Part shown: positions 56,337 through 64,000 of the stretch, piece after piece | Numbering within the stretch: position 1 is the stretch's first letter | Layout of the letters: each line of letters begins with the position of its first letter | DNA from: Acidobacteriota bacterium | Lineage (GTDB): Bacteria > Acidobacteriota > Holophagae > Acanthopleuribacterales > Acanthopleuribacteraceae | DNA: 64,000 nt | Assembly: GCA_002747255.1 (NCBI GenBank) | Contig: PDUC01000036.1 | Location: 16,732-80,731, forward strand | Reading direction: 5' to 3' | The notes under the pieces: model-generated | Told to the model about the DNA's origin: nothing | The model's input: only the letters and a program-made list of their open reading frames with translations | Databases searched by the model: none | Translations under genes and position numbers: made by a program

Positions 56337-57017
56337 ATGGCAGAACACAGCGGCCATAGAAAGCGTTTATGGGATCGTTATTTAGCCCAGGGATTCAAAG
56401 ACGGTTTTCACCATGACTACGAGAAACTGGAGTTTCTCTTGACTCAGGTTATCCCCAGAAAAGATACGAAGCCGCTTGCAAAGGAACTGTTAGCGCAATT
56501 TGGTTCCTTCAGCGGCGTTTTAATGGCCTCTCGAGCTGCTCTGCTTGCGGTAGAAGGCGTTGGCGAACGAACCGCCGGGTTCCTGAGCCTTTTTAGAGAA
56601 GTTACCCGAACGCTCAACGAAGAAAAGTTGAGCTCAGGGGATTTACTCAGCAGTCCCGATAAGGTTAAAACGTTCCTGATCAGGGAAATAGGGTGGGAAG
56701 AAGCGGAGTATTTTCTGGTCCTGTTCCTGGACTCCCAAAACAGGTTCATTCGATACGAGAGGCTCTTCAGAGGAACCCACGATCGATCGGCTGTGTTCCC
56801 ACGGGAAGTGGCCAAAGAAGCGCTAGCCTGCAATGCAGCAGGCATCCTCATCGCCCACAATCATCCAAGCGGAAGTGTTTCTCCTTCCCGGGAGGATGTC
56901 GGCCTGACGAAGAAACTCGCAAAGAGCCTGTCCACTCTGGGTCTGAAACTGCACGACCATTTCGTTGTAGGAAAAAACGATGTACTGAGTTTGAGGGAGA
57001 AAGGTCTGTTTGGTTGA
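56337..57017 (+). CDS. radC: RadC-family JAB-domain protein
   Basis: HhH-like N-terminus and the JAMM motif AHNHPSGSVSPSREDVGLTKKL. Confidence 0.88.
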   Translation: MAEHSGHRKRLWDRYLAQGFKDGFHHDYEKLEFLLTQVIPRKDTKPLAKELLAQFGSFSGVLMASRAALLAVEGVGERTAGFLSLFREVTRTLNEEKLSSGDLLSSPDKVKTFLIREIGWEEAEYFLVLFLDSQNRFIRYERLFRGTHDRSAVFPREVAKEALACNAAGILIAHNHPSGSVSPSREDVGLTKKLAKSLSTLGLKLHDHFVVGKNDVLSLREKGLFG

Positions 57018-57102
57018 AGTCACAGGCTGTACAAACCGACTGACTTCGCGGTCATTACAGATCGGACACCGCTCGGTCATGGGAAAATGAGCTGCTGCCA
57101 GT

Positions 57103-58062
57103 TCATCTCTGTTTGTTTCGGGTATCCCACCAATGAGCCAGACCTTGTGCGTTCAGGTCGATGTCATTGGCGAGCAAATGCAGACATGCCTCTTCAGACA
57201 AGGTCACAGCGTGCTTGCGCAACGCGGTAACCAACACCTTTCCCATCTCTTTTTGCAAATTCACATGTCTGCTTTCAGGACTCTCGTCACCGTGCGCCGC
57301 TATGATCTCGAGATACCTGTCGATTAAGTTATGCAATTGAGCGCCCAGTTTCTCCGGTTCACGGGCTCTTCCAAAATGGGTGGGGTAAATGGCCTCGGGT
57401 CGATACGATAAAATGTGGTCAATGGTATTTCTCATGGCCTGGGGGTCAAAGTGAATGGGAGTGGTGGTTGGCAGAATGAACTCGCCCTGTTGGGTATCAA
57501 AATCGCGATAGGACAGCCCAAAGGCATCTCCGGTGAAAAAGCCCCGGCTCTTCTCATCCCAAATGGCTATATGATGCTTGGCATGGCCGGGTGCGTCGAT
57601 AAAGAGCAGTTTCCGGCCATTGAAACTCAGAGTCATCTCATCTTCGGCTGTTAAGACTCTTGACTCTGGAACACCTGAAATGTTGCCGTAAAGCTTTACA
57701 GCGTTTTCCTTGCCAAAAACGGCATAGGTTCCCTTAATTAAAACACTTGGGTCGATCATGTGACGCCTTCCCCTGCCGTGGACAACCAGCTCCGCGTTGG
57801 GACAAGCCTTCATAAGAGCTCCCGCCCCACCCGCATGATCCAAATGAATATGCGTCAAAATGATGTAACGAACTTTCTCGGCACACAAGCCCTTTTCCTT
57901 GAGTACCTCCATAAAGCCCGGAACGGAATAATTGGTGCCGGTATCGATAAAGACAGCTTGGTCTCCTTCAACAATTAAATGGCTGCCCGCAAACTTGGGA
58001 CGGACATATTGGGCATCGATCGCTGTAATACCAAACTCATAGGGGAAAGATAAAGTACTCAT
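57103..58062 (-). CDS. MBL-fold metallo-hydrolase
   Basis: THIHLDHAGG (HxHxDH) plus downstream His/Asp ligands. Confidence 0.85.
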   Translation of the reverse strand: MSTLSFPYEFGITAIDAQYVRPKFAGSHLIVEGDQAVFIDTGTNYSVPGFMEVLKEKGLCAEKVRYIILTHIHLDHAGGAGALMKACPNAELVVHGRGRRHMIDPSVLIKGTYAVFGKENAVKLYGNISGVPESRVLTAEDEMTLSFNGRKLLFIDAPGHAKHHIAIWDEKSRGFFTGDAFGLSYRDFDTQQGEFILPTTTPIHFDPQAMRNTIDHILSYRPEAIYPTHFGRAREPEKLGAQLHNLIDRYLEIIAAHGDESPESRHVNLQKEMGKVLVTALRKHAVTLSEEACLHLLANDIDLNAQGLAHWWDTRNKQR

Positions 58063-58071
58063 TGGTTCATC

Positions 58072-58935
58072 CTAAATGGCAACTAACAGAGCGGCAATGG
58101 TCATTCCGCCAAACACCAGCGAGACCACACCGTTCATGGTAAAAAAAGCCATATTCACTTTTGAAAGATCATCACCTCGAACCAGGTAGTGCTCGTAAAA
58201 CAAGGTGACTCCCACGAGAACCAAACCCGCCCAGTAAATCCACATAAAGCTCAACAGGTAACCAAATCCCATCAGCAAGATAAAAGTGAGCAGGTGCAGG
58301 AAACGCGAAAGACAAAGACTGTTGGAAACACCGATGATGACGGGAATAGAATGTAGCTTGTGCTGTCGATCAAAAGCCTCATCCTGGCAGGCATAGATCA
58401 CGTCAAAGCCCGCCGTCCAGAACATCACAGTGACACCCAGCAGGACGGGAATCCAATCCAGGGTTCCTGTCACCGCGACCCACGCGCCCACGGGCGCCAG
58501 ACCCAGAGCCAGACCCAACACCAGATGACACAGAGGTGTAAACCGCTTGGTATAGCTGTAGCCAAGCAGAACCAGCATCACTACTGGTGAAAGAACCCAT
58601 GACAAAAAGTTCAGAAAGTAGCATGCGGCAACGAAAACAACTATGGAGCCGATGGTGAACGCGAGCACATACGACTTGCTGAGACGTCCGGCGGGTATGC
58701 TTCGAATTTGGGTGCGCGGGTTCCTGGCATCGATTTCCGCATCCAGATAGCGATTAAAGGCCATGGCCGCCGACCGGGCCGAGACCATGGCAACCAGAAT
58801 CAGGATCAGTGTTTTCAGATCGGGTATGCCATCTGCCGCCAGGAAAGCACTTACCAGAGCAAAGGGAAGTGCGAAAACGCTGTGCTCTATTTTGATCATT
58901 CTGAGGGTTTCAAAAAAGGCCTTCAAGATTGCCAC
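58072..58935 (-). CDS. ubiA: UbiA-family aromatic polyprenyltransferase (4-hydroxybenzoate polyprenyltransferase-like; could be the MqnP type)
   Basis: NRYLDAEIDARNPRT (NxxxDxxxD) and a second Asp-rich motif in a 8-9 TM protein. It is adjacent to ubiX. Confidence 0.75.
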   Translation of the reverse strand: MAILKAFFETLRMIKIEHSVFALPFALVSAFLAADGIPDLKTLILILVAMVSARSAAMAFNRYLDAEIDARNPRTQIRSIPAGRLSKSYVLAFTIGSIVVFVAACYFLNFLSWVLSPVVMLVLLGYSYTKRFTPLCHLVLGLALGLAPVGAWVAVTGTLDWIPVLLGVTVMFWTAGFDVIYACQDEAFDRQHKLHSIPVIIGVSNSLCLSRFLHLLTFILLMGFGYLLSFMWIYWAGLVLVGVTLFYEHYLVRGDDLSKVNMAFFTMNGVVSLVFGGMTIAALLVAI

Positions 58936-59474
58936 CTCTTGATTTTGGTATCGGGTAAACCAATGTGATCGAGAATGCGATCAACCACCCCGTCAACCAC
59001 TTCTTCAACACAAGCGGGTCGATGATAAAAACCGGGCGAGGCCGGCAGAATGAGGGCTCCCGCTTCGGTGAGTGCGGTCATCGCTCTCAGGTGAATGAGA
59101 GAGTAAGGCGTTTCTCGCGGAACCAGAATCAACTTTCTGCGTTCTTTAAGTTGAACTGCCGCTACCCTGTGAATCAGGTTTTCCGATATACCGCTGGCAA
59201 TCTGGCAGAGTGAAGACATGCTGCATGGAACCACAATCATGGCATAGGTGGGCGTTGATCCGGATGAAACAGAGGCCGCCATGTTCGTTTCCTCGTGAAC
59301 GGTCAATCCAGCTGAGAGATCGTCCCAGGTTTTGCCTGTTTCGTATTCCAGAACAGACCGCCCATGGCTGGAGCTGATTAATTCCAAACTCAGATCGGAA
59401 TTCCGAAGACGCTCCAGACAGCGTTGAAAGTAGATCGCTCCCGAGGCTCCCGTCAGAGCCAATACCATCCGCAT
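58923..59474 (-). CDS. ubiX: flavin prenyltransferase UbiX
   Basis: LALTGASGAIY, VVPCSMSSL, and LKERRKLILVPRETP. Confidence 0.88.
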   Translation of the reverse strand: MRMVLALTGASGAIYFQRCLERLRNSDLSLELISSSHGRSVLEYETGKTWDDLSAGLTVHEETNMAASVSSGSTPTYAMIVVPCSMSSLCQIASGISENLIHRVAAVQLKERRKLILVPRETPYSLIHLRAMTALTEAGALILPASPGFYHRPACVEEVVDGVVDRILDHIGLPDTKIKRWQS

Positions 59475-60868
59475 CAGTTCAACACGTGAATGGCTGCGCC
59501 CTTGGCTTTTTTGGCAGCTTCCATCAGCGATTCGGTAAGCGTTGGGTGAGGATGAATGGTCAACGAGAAGTCGTCGAGAAAAGCGCCCATTTCAATGCCT
59601 AAAGTGGCTTCACCAATTAAGTCACTGGCGTGAGGTCCCACAATGGCGACTCCGAGCACTTCCTCAGTTGTCTTTTCAGCAACCAGTTTCACAAAGCCCT
59701 CTGTGGTGTTTTGCGTCTTGGCTTTGCCAAGGGCCGCAAAGGGGAATTGCCCAACCACAACATCGAGACCCTTTTCTCTGGCTTCAGCTTCCATCATGCC
59801 GACTGCCGCAATCTCGGGATCGGTAAAAACAACCGCCGGACAGACTTTACTTTGATCCATAGCGGCATGACCCGCAATGACTTCGGCTGCTATTTCTCCC
59901 TGATAAGAGGCGTGGTGGGCAAGCATGGGTTGACCTGTGACATCACCGATAGCGTAAATGCCGGGAACATTGGTTTTCATGTGCTCATCGATGGCAATGA
60001 AACCCTGCTCGTTGACGGCCACTCCCGTGTTCTCCAGGCCAAAGCCCCTTGAGTTGGGTTTTCTTCCCACACTCACAAAGAGCACATCTGCCTCGATCGT
60101 GATCGTTTTGTTTTTCGCGGTCACATCCAGCTCGATACCTGTTTCCGTTTCCCTGTAAGCTTCAGCACGTGCATTGGTGTGAACCACGAACTTGTCTTTC
60201 TTTAACTTTCTCTGCATCAGCTTGATGATGTCTTTGTCAAAACCGGGAAGAACTGTATCCATCATCTCGATTACCGTTACTTCCGCGCCGAGTTTCCTGT
60301 AGACAAACCCGAGTTCCAGACCGATGTAACCGCCGCCGATAATGGCCATTTTTCCGGGCACCTCTGTCAATGACAGGGCCGTGGTTGAATCGAGAATGCG
60401 GCCGCCTGTCGGGAAGGCCGGTATTTCAATGGGCAGGGAACCCGTTGCGATAATGCAGTTCGTAAATGTTATCTGCTCAACGTTTCCTTCAAGAGTGGTA
60501 ACATCCATGGTGTTTTCACTGGTGAAATGACCGGAACCCTTTAGAATATCAGCGCCATTTTTCACAACCAGCATTTCAATACCCTTGGTGAGCTGATCAA
60601 TGGTTTTGTTTTTCCAATTTTGTGTCTTTTCAAAATCGATCCCCTTCAGATCGGCTGTGATGCCAAGTTGATCCATTTTGGAGACGGATTCGTAGGTTTT
60701 GGCCGCGTGAATTAAGGCTTTAGAAGGAATACAGCCTACGTTCAGGCACACACCGCCCATGTATTCCCGTTCTACCAGCAGTGTTTCCACACCTAGTTGA
60801 GCCAGTCTAATAGCGGCAACATAGCCTCCTGGCCCGGCACCTAAAACAACCGTATGAACATTTCTCAT
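59474..60868 (-). CDS. lpdA: dihydrolipoyl dehydrogenase
   Basis: VLGAGPGGYVAA, redox-active GGVCLNVGCIPSKAL, and the C-terminal HPHPTLTE motif. Confidence 0.92.
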   Translation of the reverse strand: MRNVHTVVLGAGPGGYVAAIRLAQLGVETLLVEREYMGGVCLNVGCIPSKALIHAAKTYESVSKMDQLGITADLKGIDFEKTQNWKNKTIDQLTKGIEMLVVKNGADILKGSGHFTSENTMDVTTLEGNVEQITFTNCIIATGSLPIEIPAFPTGGRILDSTTALSLTEVPGKMAIIGGGYIGLELGFVYRKLGAEVTVIEMMDTVLPGFDKDIIKLMQRKLKKDKFVVHTNARAEAYRETETGIELDVTAKNKTITIEADVLFVSVGRKPNSRGFGLENTGVAVNEQGFIAIDEHMKTNVPGIYAIGDVTGQPMLAHHASYQGEIAAEVIAGHAAMDQSKVCPAVVFTDPEIAAVGMMEAEAREKGLDVVVGQFPFAALGKAKTQNTTEGFVKLVAEKTTEEVLGVAIVGPHASDLIGEATLGIEMGAFLDDFSLTIHPHPTLTESLMEAAKKAKGAAIHVLN

Positions 60869-61096
60869 CTCAACCTCCTTGTATTGGGGTATTCTACTTC
60901 ATGACAGCTTTGGGGTGAACTGCCATGGGATTCTTTTTTGAAAAAGTTTGAGTTTGCTTTTATGAAAACAGGGTACCGGTATAAAAACGCTTGTTACTCG
61001 AGGCTGCTGGTACATCAGGAAATGGAGAGAAGCCCAGTCTTGCAGGTGAAAGAGAAAAGACCTTATCGTTCCAGACTGTCACTGAAGCACAATCCC

Positions 61097-62113
61097 TCAC
61101 ATGCTCTCAGCAACCGTCCTCACCAATTCCATCATGCGATGGACATAGCCTATTTCGTTGTCATACCAAACGAGAAGTTTAACCATGTTTCCCTCTATAA
61201 CTTCGGTGTTGAGAGCATCGACAATGCCCGAACGTGTATCGTTCAGGTAGTCTACTGAAACCAGAGGGCGATCTTCATACCCCAAAATGCCCTTCAGTGC
61301 CCCCTCTGACGCTTCTTTCAGAAGCCGGTTGATTTCTTCCCTGGTTGTATTTTTCTGCATTTCAAACACACAATCACAGAGAGAGGCATTGAGGACAGGA
61401 ACCCGAACGGCAATTGAGAACAGTTTGCCAACGAGGTCGGGGAAGATTTGAACAATGGCTTTGGCAGAATTGGTTGAAGTGGGTATCAGTGAAAGGTTGT
61501 TGGCCCTTGCCCGACGCAGATCCGTATGTCCCGTATCAATAACCACTTGTGTGTTCGTGACATCGTGAATGGTTGTGAACGTGCCTCTTTTAAGGCCAAT
61601 TTGCTCGTGAAGAACCTTAATGACTGGCGCTACACAGTTTGTTGTACAGGAAGCTGGCGACACCATGTGATGGCGATCGGACTGATATAGATCATCGTTC
61701 ACACCTACCACAACATTCAGCCCCCCACCTTTTATGGGAGCAGATACCACCACTTTTTCAATACCGGCCTCAAAGTAAGGTTGTAACAGTTCCGGTTTCC
61801 TGTGAACGCCCGTGCAATCCAGGACGATGTCGAGGTTCAGGCTTTTTAGAAATGAAACATCCAGTTCTTCTTGTTGAGAATAGGCAATTCGTTTCCCGTC
61901 AACAAGCAGGGAGTCCCGTTCGGCTCGAACATCGCGCGTCCATTGTCCGTGCAGAGAGTCAAATTTCAATAAATGAGCCGAACCTTCGGCGTCCGCGTGG
62001 GCTTCGTTGATATGGGCTATTTCAAAAACAGACGACAAGCCCCTTTCAAAGGCCGCTCTGAATCCAAGCCGCCCCATTCTACCAAATCCATTGATTCCTA
62101 TTCTTACTGTCAT
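61097..62113 (-). CDS. gap: glyceraldehyde-3-phosphate dehydrogenase (type I family)
   Basis: IGINGFGRMGRL, catalytic ASCTTNCVAP, and WYDNEIGY. Confidence 0.9.
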   Translation of the reverse strand: MTVRIGINGFGRMGRLGFRAAFERGLSSVFEIAHINEAHADAEGSAHLLKFDSLHGQWTRDVRAERDSLLVDGKRIAYSQQEELDVSFLKSLNLDIVLDCTGVHRKPELLQPYFEAGIEKVVVSAPIKGGGLNVVVGVNDDLYQSDRHHMVSPASCTTNCVAPVIKVLHEQIGLKRGTFTTIHDVTNTQVVIDTGHTDLRRARANNLSLIPTSTNSAKAIVQIFPDLVGKLFSIAVRVPVLNASLCDCVFEMQKNTTREEINRLLKEASEGALKGILGYEDRPLVSVDYLNDTRSGIVDALNTEVIEGNMVKLLVWYDNEIGYVHRMMELVRTVAESM

Positions 62114-62488
62114 TGTTCAACTCCCATTCAAATGGACTGATCTGCCTGTATTCAATCATACATGATCTGATTTGTGTTCTACATCGCATTTTCGAATTAA
62201 TGTACAGACAAATGCCTGTTAGGCTCACCACTGACTTTAAGTAAAGAGAGCAGAAGAGTAAAAAAACATCCTGAAAACCGGCTAATCCACCTGTTCGCGG
62301 CTCTATTTCGGTAAATTCAACCGTCCTGTTCCCTATTGCTTTTCTGTAAATGCACTTCATTTTGAAACACTCTATTACTCAAAACAGAAGACTTGGAAGA
62401 TCATTGAAGAATAATATGTGATCCATTTCACTTTGCATTTCTCAATGTAATTGTTTATTCTTATCCAACAATTGGAGAGGAGTTTTAT

Positions 62489-63760
62489 ATGCGCAAATAT
62501 GTATTCTTGCTATTCCTGTATCTTCCCGTATGGGCACAGATTGAACCTTGTGGTTTTTTTGAAATTAACGATGTACCGGGATTCGATTCTCAGGATTTAC
62601 ATTTCGCCGCTTCACGATGGCATACTTCCGACCAGGAAGCCGACTTTAACTCCGATGGAGCCAATCGCGTTGACGACTTAATTCAAATGATCAATTGTGT
62701 CAACGGTCTTTCTCACGGCCTGGCTGGATCGTATTATGGTTTCCATACAGGTGATGGTTCGGAAATCACCTACCCTGATTTCAGCTCACTTCCCGATCCT
62801 GTGGTTGTGAGGGCAACTGAAAGGCTCTACCATGAAATTGACAACTGGAATCCATTGATGGACTCTGAAATGCGAGAAAATACGGCAGGTCTCTTTGAAG
62901 GTTATCTGTTCGCACCCATAGATGGTGTGTACGAATTTTCAATACTGGGTTATCGAGGAATTCAGCTCTTTATTGACAACCAATGGGTAACCGGTTTTGA
63001 AAACGATTGGGTTACATCATCGCCCTACACAGGCCAAGCGAATCTCAGCTATGGATTACATCCCATAAGAGTTGAGTATTTTACTGCGAACCACGCGGGA
63101 AGTATCGTTATTCAATGGAAACCTCCTGAAAGTGAATTCAGTGTACTCGATCAAGAATATCTCTACCACGAGACAGTGGACGTTCCCGCTTATGCAAATA
63201 CGGGACTGGAAAGCTTATTCGAGCCCGCCTCCGGTATGAGGACGACTTCTCAGACCCTGTCGTTATCAGCCTATTTCATGGGTCCGGATTCGGGTATCAG
63301 AGTCTTCTCAGGTGGTGAGGAACTGGTACTTCAGGATGGGGTTTGGTCGGCCGATTTGTCACTGGAACCGGGATTAAATGCCATGGATTTCCAAATTGTA
63401 GACAGTCAAGGTCGCAGCAAGGAAGTCACTTACTATGTTTACAGTGACACCGAAACCCTGAATCACAACGGGCTGGTAGCCAGTTTGTACGGCGAACAAT
63501 TTAGTGCCGTTCCCATCCCCAGCATCGATAATCTGCAACCCTTTGCTCAAGTCGCCTTGCCAGGTGCTCAAATCGACGATCCCATGTTAGGTTCAGTCTA
63601 CACGAGCAATGGGGTTGTTTGCCATTTGAATGGAACCTTGGAAATCCAGCAAGCGGGAACCTATGAGTTCAGAATCACATCCACGGGTTTGTTGAAGTTA
63701 AACGGTCACATTTTATGCGGCCTGAGAGGAGAATACCTCGACCAATGGATGCCTTCTTGA
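62489..63760 (+). CDS. secreted PA14-domain protein (dockerin-like Ca-binding loop plus two PA14 domains), terminated by an in-frame TGA inside the second PA14 domain
   Basis: GGAGAGGAG Shine-Dalgarno, signal peptide MRKYVFLLFLYLPVWAQ, and DFNSDGANRVDDL. PA14 pattern: GLAGSYYGF...GLFEGYLFAPIDGVYEFSILGYRGIQLFIDNQWV...IRVEYF. Confidence 0.8.
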   Translation: MRKYVFLLFLYLPVWAQIEPCGFFEINDVPGFDSQDLHFAASRWHTSDQEADFNSDGANRVDDLIQMINCVNGLSHGLAGSYYGFHTGDGSEITYPDFSSLPDPVVVRATERLYHEIDNWNPLMDSEMRENTAGLFEGYLFAPIDGVYEFSILGYRGIQLFIDNQWVTGFENDWVTSSPYTGQANLSYGLHPIRVEYFTANHAGSIVIQWKPPESEFSVLDQEYLYHETVDVPAYANTGLESLFEPASGMRTTSQTLSLSAYFMGPDSGIRVFSGGEELVLQDGVWSADLSLEPGLNAMDFQIVDSQGRSKEVTYYVYSDTETLNHNGLVASLYGEQFSAVPIPSIDNLQPFAQVALPGAQIDDPMLGSVYTSNGVVCHLNGTLEIQQAGTYEFRITSTGLLKLNGHILCGLRGEYLDQWMPS

Positions 63761-64000
63761 AGCATCTACCTTGAACCCGGAAATTATCATTTCCATTTTG
63801 AGACAGCCAATATCTGGAGACATCCCGAGAGTGCCATCTACTGGAGCTTCAATGAAGGACCTGAATCACTTATTCCCAACAGTCGCTTCCACTATTCCGA
63901 CAGCTATTTACAAAACGTTCCTTCTTTTGGTACACCGGATCCCAATAACAGGGTAAGGTCGGGCTTGGTTTCAGAGTATCTGCTCAGGGAAGGTGCGTAT
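63761..64000 (+). other. same-frame continuation of the PA14 gene beyond the TGA (open to the window end)
   Basis: There are 80 sense codons in the same frame as 62489..63760. They encode SIYLEPGNYHFHFETANIWRHPESAIYWSFNEGPESLIPNSRFHY, which is the expected second half of a PA14 domain. Confidence 0.6.

Noticed and set aside
56337-57017. radC as a marker of a mobile or defence island.
   Set aside because: The neighbours are an ECF operon and housekeeping metabolism genes, and there are no integrase, toxin-antitoxin or restriction genes nearby.
63758-63794. Selenocysteine or genetic-code reassignment as an explanation for the in-frame TGA in the PA14 gene.
   Set aside because: TGA terminates several well-defined genes in this window. 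The position is a variable loop with no expectation of Cys or Sec. The downstream hairpin is a weak 6-bp AT-rich stem. No sel genes are visible, so a nonsense mutation or a sequencing error is more parsimonious.

Overview
This is a 64 kb chromosomal segment from a diderm (Gram-negative-type) bacterium. There is no 16S gene or other marker here that lets me assign a taxon. I found no rRNA, tRNA, CRISPR array, transposase or integrase by eye.

About half the window is ordinary housekeeping:
- ruvA and ruvB
- tgt, yajC, secD and secF
- relA/spoT
- a YyaL-like thioredoxin-domain protein
- an ECF sigma factor with its anti-sigma factor
- radC, ubiA/ubiX, lpd and gap

Two regions stand out.

(1) Positions 165-18985 form an island of Sec-signal proteins (169-966 aa) in which I recognise almost no known domains.
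- The one partial exception is a possible GP42/Pep-13-like transglutaminase domain.
- The three monocistronic large-protein genes each sit behind a canonical -24/-12 (sigma-54) promoter.
- Two of these promoters, and arguably the third, have a TGTCTC-N7/8-GAGACA inverted repeat upstream.
- The centre of the island is a translationally coupled operon: an outer-membrane beta-barrel, then a bitopic protein (periplasmic TPR/coiled coil, one TM, cytoplasmic P-loop ATPase), then a soluble P-loop ATPase.
- The only sigma-54 enhancer-binding protein in the window lies next door, coupled to ruvAB.
- I consider this the best candidate for an undescribed envelope or surface-assembly system.

(2) Positions 31190-42919 hold a complete type II secretion operon, gspE-F-G-H-I-J-K-L/M/C-like-D.
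- Its periplasmic components carry extreme Lys-rich or acidic low-complexity extensions.
- The secretin has a lipoprotein signal.
- GspE has an MshEN-type N-domain.
- An orphan fliS lies directly upstream.

At the right edge, a PA14-domain gene is interrupted by an in-frame TGA. All functional calls come from motif recognition by eye, and no searches were run.
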